This document shows positions 37,756-48,808 of a stretch of DNA of 64,000 nucleotides, piece after piece. The notes beneath the pieces were generated by a model. It searched no databases. It saw only the letters and a list, made by a program, of their open reading frames with translations, and was not told the DNA's origin. The stretch's first letter is position 1; every line of letters starts with the position of its first letter. The stretch is from contig JBHGNT010000004.1 in the NCBI GenBank assembly GCA_043228905.1, positions 9,486,001 to 9,550,000 of the forward strand, read 5' to 3'. The position numbers were made by a program, and so were the translations under genes. Source of the stretch: Azolla caroliniana. Lineage: Eukaryota; Plantae; Polypodiophyta.

Positions 37756-40700
37756 TGTCGTGATGTGGCATGTCTAGTGCGAGAAAAACTCAAAAATTGA
37801 GGATCCACACACATTTCACGAATACTTGTAAAAATGAAAATAAATAAACCTAGGTCACAATGGCATTGAGTGCATGTAGAGGGTTGCAAGTAAGATTTGA
37901 ACCTTGCACCTCTACGGTAAGAGGCAATTACCTTACCACTAAAGCTACTACTAAGCGCTTTAGATGTTCTATATTTCTTTCTCATATTCAGTATTCCGTA
38001 GGAAACAAACGAACAAAACCGTGTACACAAAACCACGGTTTTAAGCCCATGGTTTCCTGCATGTCACAAAGCAAAACTGTGTGCACAAAAACCATGGCTC
38101 CAAGCCCATGGTTTTGTGCATGGACAAACCTATAAAACCCCTAGTACGGCTTGTGTAAGGGGGGGCTCAATATGATATGACCATCATCATCACCATCAAT
38201 AATATAAGCTTCTATTTCTTCTTCTTCGCATCTATCTTGTAATTATTTATCTACTTCTTAAAGTGTACAATCTTCAATCTTCTCAAGTGTAATAGTTCTT
38301 CCTCCAATCTTACATTCACATCATCCTCTTCTCAATACCTTGACGGACATCCTCCTTGGTCCAAGACCCCGGTGGTCCCGCTCAAGCGAAGCACGCTCGC
38401 ACGCGCATCTTCGCGACATCATTTGGTGAACCCGATGTGAAGAGTAGTAGGGGAGGACGAAGATGGATGGCGAATATCTCATGGAGGCAATGTCAAAAAG
38501 GATGATGGAGTTTCTGAGAGAAGGGAAAAGAAGAAATGAAGCCCAACAAGCCGTCGACAAGGTAGTCGAACGAATGAGCTATTTCAACGGTGCCGAAGTC
38601 CAAAGTTTCCTAAAAGTCTACAATGCGGAGATGGATTCAAGAGGTGTGGACAAAGCTATGAGGCTAGAGTACTTTTGTCGGGTGGTGTCTCAACCGATCT
38701 TCAAAGATGTAAAAGAGCTTCTAGAAGCTCATGATTCGTGGGCGACTTTCGAGAAGGCTCTATTGGAGGAATATGGCTATGAGAGACTGAAGGGACGAGA
38801 TCGACGCAACTTCGACCAATGGGTGACATCAGCGAAGACCCACCAAGGTGCGACACAAGCATTCGTAGACTTCGAGCATCATTTTTCTCAATTGTCGGAG
38901 CGGGAACAAAGATTGGTGGGGGTCGATAAGGTCCTTATGTTCGTGAAGTCAATCGATCGAATGGAAAGGATGGCGATCGGCCTCAAACTCGAAGAAGATG
39001 ATGGTGCAAATGGCCTCATCGAGGATTGGAGCAAAGTGGAAAGTGTATGCCGACTACACGATAAGGGGAAAGCGAGAATATCGACGACAACAAGACGGCC
39101 CATGAGGGACGATCGAAGAGGGACGAGATGCAACAACGCGCCACCAACAAAAGAAATGAAGCTTAGAAGGGAGACAAAACCGAGGCGAATGGTGATCGAG
39201 GAAGAAGAGACCTCCCAACAAATGCGGGTTAATGAAGTGGCCGATACAAAGGCTCTGGTTCGGTATGACGGTACCGAGAGAGAAGGTGTGAAACAAGTCA
39301 CCTTCTTGTCTTACAAAGAAACGACGGCGAAGGAGGAGGCCGATGACTCGAGGACGGCGAACGCCACTTCGAGGGAGGATAAATGTTTCGGAACACGCAT
39401 TGTGTACGAAACATCGGGTGATGACGGCGCAAGCATGAGAAAAGCTTGCATGATCGAGGGAGAAAAAGTGTTTGAGTCTGAAGAGATTGAGGAGGTAGCC
39501 ATGACAAACGACATCGAGTCGGAGGTGGCTATGGACGAGTCGACAACGGATAGCCATGTCAAGACTTCTCCACGATTGTTCCAGAGACTTCGGCGGTTGC
39601 GCCCGTGTGCCAACGTGAGACCAGAGAGACGGAAGGTGGTGACGGGAAGATAAAGGCCCAACACAAAGAGGAAGAAGATCGAGGAAGAAAGGATATCCCC
39701 ACACCTATTCTAGAGACTTCGGCGGTTGTGCACGTGCGCCAACGTGAGACCGGAGAGACAGAATGTGTGGACAAAAAAGAGGACGACTGGAAGGGCGATG
39801 AAGAAGACAAGGTAAATGTAAATGAACGAAGGGATTCCTTCACACTGGTTCCGGAGACTTCGGCAGTCGAGACCGTGTGTCGACATAAGACCGAAGATAA
39901 AGGAGGTGGCGAAGAGGAGACAATATGGCTCGAGGCGAGCATACACGGAGGGAAGGATATGGCCGACGTGGAGGCCAAGGATGAAGCTACGGTTGAGTTC
40001 GATGGAGAGGTTGCATGCGGGAAGGAAGGAAGAGTCGAGAACCGGTTGAACCGGAAGATGATCCGGCCGGGATTCCGACCCGAACGAAGGAAGATCCACA
40101 TGGGAGCCGATCGACCGGGGCCGACCCGGCCGAAACCTGATTCGGCGAAAATCGATCGGACGATTCCGATCCAAAAGGGGGCCGACCCAGCCAGAATCAA
40201 TCGGTCGAGCCCGACTCGGGGAAATGTGAATGCAGACGAAGGCCAACCAAGCCAAGAAGCGATCGGTGGAGACCGATCCGGACAAGGGCAAACCCAGCCT
40301 AATCGGAGATCGACACGAACGATCTACAATACCCAGTTGAAGACGGTGAGCGTGAGGAGTGGCCAGGAGTCCAATCGAAGGACACGCGCCGTGGACGAAG
40401 GAAGAGCGGTCGTATCGATCTACTACAACCGATCGGGGAAGAAGGTGTGAGCACCGGATATGGTGGATCGGGTGGCTACGGTGGTTCGGTTGGAAAGATT
40501 GCGCATCGTTCGGTAGATCTACTACAACCGATCGGGGAAGAAGGTGTGAGCACCGGATATGGTGGATCGGGTGGCTACGGTGGTTCGGTTGGAAAGATTG
40601 CGCATACTCGAAGTGGAAGACGAAGTCGACGAGCGTGTAGAGGAACTCGGTTGATCACCGTTGCCAAAGATCTCACCTCTTCACCTTTCTCGGCACATAC

Positions 40701-43700
40701 CGGAGGATGTGCGGGTTTGGTGGGGGTGGATGTCGTGACGATTTTCGGCTACGGTGTGAAACCGAGTGAGACGAATAAACCAAGGATGTGCAACATTGCA
40801 CATACACTTAGCAAATAAGCCTCCTAAGGCCTAGTGGCACTTGAGTTCATACAGAGGGGTGCAAGCAAGGATTGAACCTTGCACCTCTAAGATACAAGAT
40901 AATTGCATTACCACTAGGACAACTATCATATAGTGTAGATTTTATGTATTTCCTTTTCATATACAAATTATAGACGAAACAACCATAGAAAACCATGTGC
41001 ACAAAACCATGGTTTTAAACCCATGGTTTGTGCATGACATAAGCAAAACCGTGTGCACAAAACCATGGTTTTAGCCCATGGTTATGTTCGTCTTTATCTT
41101 CTTCATATTTTTCTACTTCTCAAGTGTACAATCTTTCTTCTTCTCAAGTAAACCAATTTCATCTAATCTTTCATTGATCATCATCTAGCGTCGATAATTC
41201 CGCGAACGTCCTCCCCAGTCCAAGACCCCGGTGGTCGCTCGAGTAGCACACGCACGCGCGAATCTTCGCGACATCATTTGGTGAACCCGACGTGAAGAGC
41301 GGTAGGCGAGGATGAAGCTGGACGAGGAATATCTAATGAAGGCAATGTCAAAGATGATGATAGATTTTTCAAGAGAAGGGAAAACACGACATGCGGCCCA
41401 ACAAGCCGTCGAAAGCATGATCAAGCGAGTCGGGTTTTTCGATGGAGGCAAAGTCCAAAAATTTCTAAAGGCCTACAATGCCGAAATGGATTCAAGAGGA
41501 GTGGAGGAAACAATGAGGCTGGAGTACTTTTGTCAAGTGGTGGCCGAACCGATCTTCGAAGAGATTAAAGAGATTCAAAAAACTCACGATTCGTGGGTGT
41601 CCTTCAAAGAAGCTTTACAAGAATCATATGGTTACGAACAGCAAAAGGGACGGGGTCTGTATGAGTTTCACGAATGGGTGTCATCGAGAAAGACCCACCA
41701 GAGTGCTATGCATGCATTCGTTGAGTTTGAGTATCGCTTCGCTCAACTCTCGGACCGGGATCGAAGATTGGTGGGGGTGAATAAAGTTCTGATGTTTGTA
41801 AAGTCAATCGATCGGAATGAAAGGAAGGCCATTGGAATCCAACTTGAGGATGACAATGGTGAAAATGGCCTCACTGAGGATTGGGCCAAAGTGGAAAGGG
41901 TATGCCGACAACACGATAAGAGGGAGATGAGACTCTCATCGACAACAACACGACCCACAAGGGATGTTCAAAGGAGAATGGGATGTGGCAATAAAAACCC
42001 ACTGAAGGAAGAAAGCTCGAAGAGGGAAGCTTCAAAAGAACTCAACATAGAAGACTTGATGAGAGAGGCATTAATGAACTTAAAGGCACAAGTCGAGGTT
42101 GAAGAGAAGCTGAAAACAAAACCGAGGAAAATGGTGATCGACGAAGAGAAGACCTCCCGACAAATGCAGACTAATGGTGCGGCCAATACGAAGGCCCAGG
42201 TTTGGTATGACAGTACCATGGGAGAAGGTGTGAAACAAGCCACCTTCTCGACTTATGGAGGAACGACGGTCGAGAGAAGGGCCGAAGACTCGAGAGCAGG
42301 AAATGCTGCTTTAAGAGTGGACGAGCATTTCAGAACACATGTTGTGTCCGAAATATCGAGTAATGAAGGTGCAAGCATGAGGGAAGCTTGCGTGATCAAG
42401 GGATGTAAAGAGTGCGAGGTCGACATGATTGAGGCGGTAGCCACGAGAAACGACATCAAGTCGCAGATGGCTAAGGAAGAGTTCACGGCGGATGACCGTG
42501 TCGAGACTTTCCCAACACTTGATCTAGAGACTTGGGCAGTTGCGTCCGAGAGCCAACATGAGACCCAAGAGACGGAAAGTGGTGGGGAAGAAAATATTGA
42601 AGACAATGCGAATAACAACATTGAGCGAAAGATGGCTACGGATGAGAAGACGGTGACCGATGGTGTCGAGGTTCTCCCCACATTTCTTCCTGAGACTTCG
42701 GCAGTTGTGCCCAAGTGTCAACATGAGACCGGAGAAATGGAAGGTGACGGCAAGAAATCAAAGGACCAAAGTGGCAATGAGGACGATGACCACAGACGAA
42801 GGGATCCCTCCACACTAGTTCCGAAGACTTCGGCAGTTGTGCCCGAGAGCCAACATCAGACCGGAGAGATGGAAGGTGGCAGCGAGGAGATGAGGGTCGA
42901 AGCCGGCGCATACAAAGGAACGGGTGCCAACAAGGAGGCCAAAAACAAAGCTACAATAGAGTTCGATGAAGAGCCAAAGAGCGGCAAGAAAGGAAGAAAC
43001 GGAATACAATCCGGATGGAAGATGACTCCGTTGGTATTCCGACCCGAACGGAAACCGACCTGGGCGAGAGTTGATCAACCAGGCCCGACCCAACTGAAAA
43101 CCGGACAGAAACTAACCCGAACGAAAGTCGATCATCTAAGTCCGATTCGGCCGAATGCGAATCCGAACGAAGGCCGACCAAGCTAGAAGTTGATTGGTCG
43201 AGACCAATCCCGACAGAAGTTGAGCCGGCCTAGACAGAGGTCGAAGCAAACGAGCCGCGACATCCAGTCGAGGCTGTTGAGCATAAGGAAAGGCAAGCAT
43301 AAGACGAGAAAGGATGATAAAGGAAAGTTAAGTGACCAAGGAGATGGCCGAGATGAAGGTGGAACATGCACGAGGCATGAAGCGTTATGCTCGGGAGGAG
43401 CACAGAGAGCCATGACAACTAGACATGGCAATAAAAAAGGTGAGCGAATGATATGGTGGATCGGATGGCAACGGCAGTTTGAAGTAGACGACAAAAAGAC
43501 GGTGCAGACGAGGCACAAGAAAGGAGGAAATCAAACACCAACCACCTTTGACCCTTCCACATCACTCTTTTCTTCTTGGCACATACCGGAGGATGTGCGG
43601 TTTGGTGGGGGTGGATGTCGTGATGTGGCATGTCTAGTGCGAGAAAAACTCAAAAATTGAGGATCCACACACATTTCACGAATACTTGTAAAAATGAAAA

Positions 43701-44278
43701 TAAATAAACCTAGGTCACAATGGCATTGAGTGCATGTAGAGGGTTGCAAGTAGGATTTGAACCTTGCACCTCTACGGTAAGAGGCAATTACCTTACCACT
43801 AAAGCTACTACTAAGCGCTTTAGATGTTCTATATTTCTTTCTCATATTCAGTATTCCGTAGGAAACAAACGAACAAAACCGTGTACACAAAACCACGGTT
43901 TTAAGCCCATGGTTTCCTGCATGTCACAAAGCAAAACTGTGTGCACAAAAACCATGGCTCCAAGCCCATGGTTTTTTGCATGGACAAACCTATAAAACCC
44001 CTAGTACGGCTTGTGTAAGGGGGGGCTCAATATGATATGACCATCATCATCACCATCAATAATATAAGCTTCTATTTCTTCTTCTTCGCATCTATCTTGT
44101 AATTATTTATCTACTTCTGAAAGTGTACAATCTTCAATCTTCTCAAGTGTAATAGTTCTTCCTCCACTCTTACATTCACATCATCCTCTTCTCAATACCT
44201 TGACGGACATCCTCCTTGGTCCAAGACCCTGGTGGTCCCGCTCAAGCGAAGCACGCTCGCACGCGCATCTTCGCGACA
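37756..44278 (+). mobile_element. Complete non-autonomous composite LTR-A / ORF A / LTR-B / ORF B / LTR-A, with 4-bp TSD ACGG
   Basis: LTR-A at 37756-38418 and 43616-44278 (about 5 differences); LTR-B at 40731-41273; two Trp PBSs; two PPT-like tracts; ACGG at 37752-37755 and 44279-44282; no pol motifs. Confidence 0.92.
41312..43186 (+). CDS. ORF B, 624 aa: gag/capsid-like domain plus acidic repeat region; in-frame continuation 43190-43660 after one TAG
   Basis: Starts just after the PBS; FDGGKVQKFLKAYNAEM...WVSFKEALQESY resembles a retrotransposon gag; three T..PET(W/S)AV...QHET.E.EG repeats; no CCHC knuckle. Confidence 0.75.
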   Translation: MKLDEEYLMKAMSKMMIDFSREGKTRHAAQQAVESMIKRVGFFDGGKVQKFLKAYNAEMDSRGVEETMRLEYFCQVVAEPIFEEIKEIQKTHDSWVSFKEALQESYGYEQQKGRGLYEFHEWVSSRKTHQSAMHAFVEFEYRFAQLSDRDRRLVGVNKVLMFVKSIDRNERKAIGIQLEDDNGENGLTEDWAKVERVCRQHDKREMRLSSTTTRPTRDVQRRMGCGNKNPLKEESSKREASKELNIEDLMREALMNLKAQVEVEEKLKTKPRKMVIDEEKTSRQMQTNGAANTKAQVWYDSTMGEGVKQATFSTYGGTTVERRAEDSRAGNAALRVDEHFRTHVVSEISSNEGASMREACVIKGCKECEVDMIEAVATRNDIKSQMAKEEFTADDRVETFPTLDLETWAVASESQHETQETESGGEENIEDNANNNIERKMATDEKTVTDGVEVLPTFLPETSAVVPKCQHETGEMEGDGKKSKDQSGNEDDDHRRRDPSTLVPKTSAVVPESQHQTGEMEGGSEEMRVEAGAYKGTGANKEAKNKATIEFDEEPKSGKKGRNGIQSGWKMTPLVFRPERKPTWARVDQPGPTQLKTGQKLTRTKVDHLSPIRPNANPNEGRPS

Positions 44279-44308
44279 ACGGGATATTATATCGTCATGC
44301 CCGTAACA

Positions 44309-47300
44309 ACTGAGATCCGAGCTTTGCCTTTCTAGGGATAGGTTGTTGAGGCGCGCCATGATGTTAGTAGCAAAAGGGTCTGACGTGGTTTCTTGGGCAA
44401 TCTCGTTGAGCAAGGAATCATCTTGCAACATATAGGTTGCGAACATATGGAGTTGATCGGGCCGCAATAAACAATGTGATTGCTGAGAATAAGTGTCGTC
44501 ACCTGGGCGCAATGCGAAATTGGGTCGCCGAGAGAGAGCATCCGCTTTCCCATGTTGAACTCCGGGTCGAAACAAGATTTCAAAGTCGTAGTCGGCAAGA
44601 AAAGATGACCAGCGAGCCTGCCTCTGATTCAACGTACGAGTGGTGATGAAGTAGATGAGATTCTTGTGGTCAGTCACCACCTGAATACGATGTTGGGCCC
44701 CAGCCAGATAGGGTTGCCATTCAGCGAAGGCCGAGATGATAGTTGCAAGCTCCTTGTCGTAGATCGGATAGTTGATTTCCGGGGTTGTAAACTTCCGAGA
44801 GTAGAAGGCGACCGGATGTAGGGTGCCATCGTCATCAGGCTGGGACAAGACCGCACCTATGGCAAAGTCGGAGGCGTCGGTTTCAACCTGGAAAGGGCGA
44901 GAGGGGTCAGGGTGGACTAACAGGGGGTGGAGAGAAAAGTTGCTTTGAGGGCATTAAAAGCATTATGTGTTGCGGGGGTCCAAAGAAATGGAGTATCTTT
45001 CCCAGTAAGTTGGATGAGAGGTTGGACTAGGGAAGAGAACCTGTCTATAAATCGTCTATAAAAATTTGCAAAACCGAGAAACGATTGTACCTCTTTTAGC
45101 CAAGTAGGAAGAGGCCAATCAATGATTGCCGCGACCTTGTGTTCATCCATTGTGATCCCTGTAGGTGAGATCATGTAACCCAGGAATTCGACAGAGGTCC
45201 AATCAAATTCACATTTCTCACTTTTGGCGAAGAGCCCATATTCTCAGAGTTTGGTGAGAACTAGCCGGATGTGGTGTGTGTGCTCCTCCAAGTTGGAAGA
45301 AAAAACTAAGATGTCGTCAAGGTAGATGACCACGAAATGATCGAGATACTCTCGAAAAATATCATTCATCATGTGCTGGAAAACGGTCGGAGCATTGGTA
45401 AGGCCGAAAGGCATCACTTTTTACTTGAAATGTCCATAGCGCGTCCGAAAAGCCGTTTTCCACTCATCCCCAGGCTTAATGCGCACCAAATTGTAGGCGC
45501 CCCGAAGGTCAATTTTGGAGAAGATATGCCCCGTTCAGAGTCGATCGAGGAGCGCTGGAATTAAGGGCAGGGGGTAACGATTACGTACCGTAACTTTGTT
45601 GAGACCCCGATAATCCACACATAAGCGTAAGGAGCCGTCCTTTTTTTTTACAAATAAGATTGGTGCCCCAACCAGTGGTGCCCCAACCAGTGATTTGGAG
45701 GGTTGAATGAAGCCCTTTGCAAGATTCTCAGCCAAATATGTGTGGAGAGCCTCAAGTTTGGGTTCGGATAACCCATAGATAGGACCGAATGGGGGATGCT
45801 TGCCAGGTTGGAGTTCGATTAGGCAATTGTAGGGACGATGAGCTTGTAACCGATTTGCATTCAGCTTTTCGAAGATGTCGGAAAAGTCGTTATATCGGAT
45901 GGGTAAATTGGTGACAAGAACGGTGACATTTCCCGACACAACGGCCAGTGTAGCGGCCAAACCGGACTCGACCGTAACAGAATTAAGGGAGTGTCGTGAC
46001 CGAGTAGGAATTGGCGTTCTTGGAAAAGTAATGGAATGGCTACACCAATCCACCATCAGATTGTGTGCCTCCAACCAAGATAGCCCCAACACAATCGGAT
46101 TTCGGGGAGTCGCGATGAGGTAGAAAGTCAGTTCCTCCTTCTGTGCCCCGATTTGAAGTACCAACGGGATAGTGGCTTCGGTAACCGCCCCCTACGAGAG
46201 AACCTGGCCGTCAATCGCTTCAACGGATATGGGTTGTGATGTGCGGACAATGGGGATATTATGTGTGCATACAAAAGATTTATCGATAAAGCAAGTAGAT
46301 GCTCCGGAGTCGAGCAAGGCATGATAATGTATTGAAATCGAACCAAAACAAAGACTTACTTGCAAAGAAAACCCTCCTAATGGCGGTACGGACTTGTAGG
46401 AGCATGAGAAGGTGAGTAACGGGAAGCGTCCAGCGGCATGGCTCCTACTGCAGCTGGACTTGGTCGTTTTCCTATTGTCGAGGAACCTCCGCAAGACGTG
46501 CACGATGGAATTCGTGTCGAGGGCCTCGCACAGGACAATGGCGGATGACATGGCCAGGGTTGCCACAATAGAGTCAAAGTCCATTGTCCCGACGATGTTG
46601 GCGTTGGGCTTCAGTTAGTGGTTGGAACCGAGCATGGTCGATCTCCATCGGGGTATGGGACTCGACCTCCATTGTGGTATGGGTTTCACTGACTGATGGT
46701 AAGGTTGGCGTGGGCGACAAGTAGGGCCTGGTGATTGCTGCGTTCCGACAAGAAGCCAGAGATCCGCGAGTCCCCCATTCTTCTTGACGAAGTTCAAAAA
46801 GACGATTGTCACACTGGACAGCTTGGGAGATTACTTGAGACAATGATGTGGGCTCTAGGAAGTTTAAGAGAAGAGTCTTGACATCATTTCGGAGACCGCG
46901 ACGGAAATGGTCGCGTAGGGCTTGGTCATCCCAACTAACATCGCAGGCAATCTGGCGGAACTTTGAGCCATAGACCGAGGCAGGAAGTGAGCCTTGTTGG
47001 ACAGAATAAAGCTTTGTCAGTGTTGTTCGTCAGCGATCTGTCTTGCCAAATGTCGCTTCGAGCTCCTCAATGAAAGCGGTGAAGTCCTCCAAGAGAGGGG
47101 ATGAGGTCTCGATCAAGGGTGCAAACCACGCTTGCGCTGGCCCAGAGAGAAGTGTGCCGACAAGCCCAACCCGAGAAAAGTCGCTAGCATACCGTTGGGG
47201 TTGTAATCGGATGATAAGCCGAATTTGGTTGATGAAGCCGCGAAGATACGCCCTCATGCCGTTGAATTTGTCAGGTAGGCTGATGGTTGGTTCGAGGACA

Positions 47301-47482
47301 TATGGATGAGAAGAGGACGTGGTTGGGTTAGGTGTCGACGGTGGTTGTGACTCGGCGGCTACTGGATTTCTTCAAGTGCCAGATTGCAACTCTCGTAATG
47401 ATTCCCGAAGGATTTCATTCTCTAACTGAAGTTGTTGCAAGGTTGCCATGATTTGGTTTAGGTTGTCGATGGAGTCAGACAT
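44309..47482 (-). pseudogene. D gag, protease, RT and RNase H (decayed)
   Basis: [46 protein letters not shown] (about 45315-45326), AFYSRKF and KADALSRR. Confidence 0.92.
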
Positions 47483-47510
47483 TGTAGCAAGAAAAGGAAG
47501 GTGAACAAAT

Positions 47511-47738
47511 TGTCACGGACAAGTATAATAGAGTAGAACAAAGATAATACTAGAGAACAAGAGAAAGTAAAAGAACAAGAACTCAACTTATAGAACCTGT
47601 AACTTGTTTTGTTCACCTTGATTAGAATCAAGGTGCACATGAGTATTTATGCAAGAAGGTAGGGCTATGTAAGCTAGCAAGAAATAAAGTATGCATGAGG
47701 ATGCATGCACGCTAGAAAATGAGAATACATGCAAGCTA
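47511..47738 (-). mobile_element. Truncated 5' LTR of D with adjacent self-priming PBS (47498-47509)
   Basis: Matches 12843-13070; joined through a short filler to the C LTR. Confidence 0.88.
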
Positions 47739-47746
47739 AAGTATGC

Positions 47747-48808
47747 TTGACTTTAGATTGAGAGAGATTAAGATTGAACTCTTGACTTTACATTTGAAGA
47801 ACAAGATTGATACATCAATTGGATATCGAATTTCTTACTTTTAATTTCTTAATTAATACATCAATTGGATAACGAAATTTCTTCTTAATATTAATTTTGA
47901 TATAAAGTACAAAGCTCACTTTGATATTTTTCATCCACCCTTTTATAGATGCTCCCATGCATATGATGCATGCAAGGGTACAAGACATGCATACAATACA
48001 TGGAATGCATGTGATGCATGTTTGTCATTTGGCGCTCATGCATCACATGTCACTCAATCAAGCTCTAATATGAGAATTTACATGTAAATCTATAATGATA
48101 AAAATATAATCTCTAAAGAAATGACTTGGCTTAATGGTAAGTCTATTGTTTCCTATCTTGGAGGTGCAAAGTTTGAGTTTTGCTTACAACTTTTTCTTTT
48201 ATGCACAAAATACTATTAGGCTTTTGGACCAAATATCTTTAAGACACCATGCACCGCGATCAACTGACCCGACCAATCCGTCCGATTTACATCTGTTTGG
48301 TCCGGCCCAGTCCACATCCTGATTTCATTTGGTCCTCATCCCTAGTCGCTTGCCGGTAACCGGCCGGTCACTACTTGTCGATCGCCAGTTGCCGCCGGTT
48401 TTGGTTGGCTAAAATCTTTTACAAGTAGCTAGGCCACACCTACTTATCCAACTAGCTTAGTTCAAGTCACCTTGAACTCTCTATGCTCCACACATAAACA
48501 CAAAGATGATAGCTTTTGCTCTGCCTTATATATGGCGAGATCCTTATTTGTCCTATCTATGTGGGATATCTCATAGTTTTATCTTTCTCTTTTCCTTTGC
48601 AAACTTCCTACCCACATAACTTGAGACTTATATGTCTGTTTCTTATGTAGTAAAGTGCATTCGAAAGCTCTTAAAGACCTCCATCTTTTTGTACTAAGAT
48701 ATTAAACTATTTTAAATAGTATTTTGACTATTATTGTTTTATATGATTCATACTCGATTTCGTATGTTTTATGCGATTTTCAAACCATTGTAGAAAATCT
48801 TCACGACA
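47747..48808 (-). mobile_element. Remainder of the C 5' LTR
   Basis: Homologous to 8193-8840; ends TCTTCACGACA, the inverted repeat of TGTCGTGAAGA; right flank CTAG versus left CCGG. Confidence 0.85.

Larger units (their letters stand above)
10242..41663. repeat. Head-to-tail tandem duplication of 15,711 bp (10242-25952 and 25953-41663)
   Basis: ORFs recur at a constant offset of 15711 (for example 14164/29875 and 22752/38463). Junction microhomology AGTT. Confidence 0.97.
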
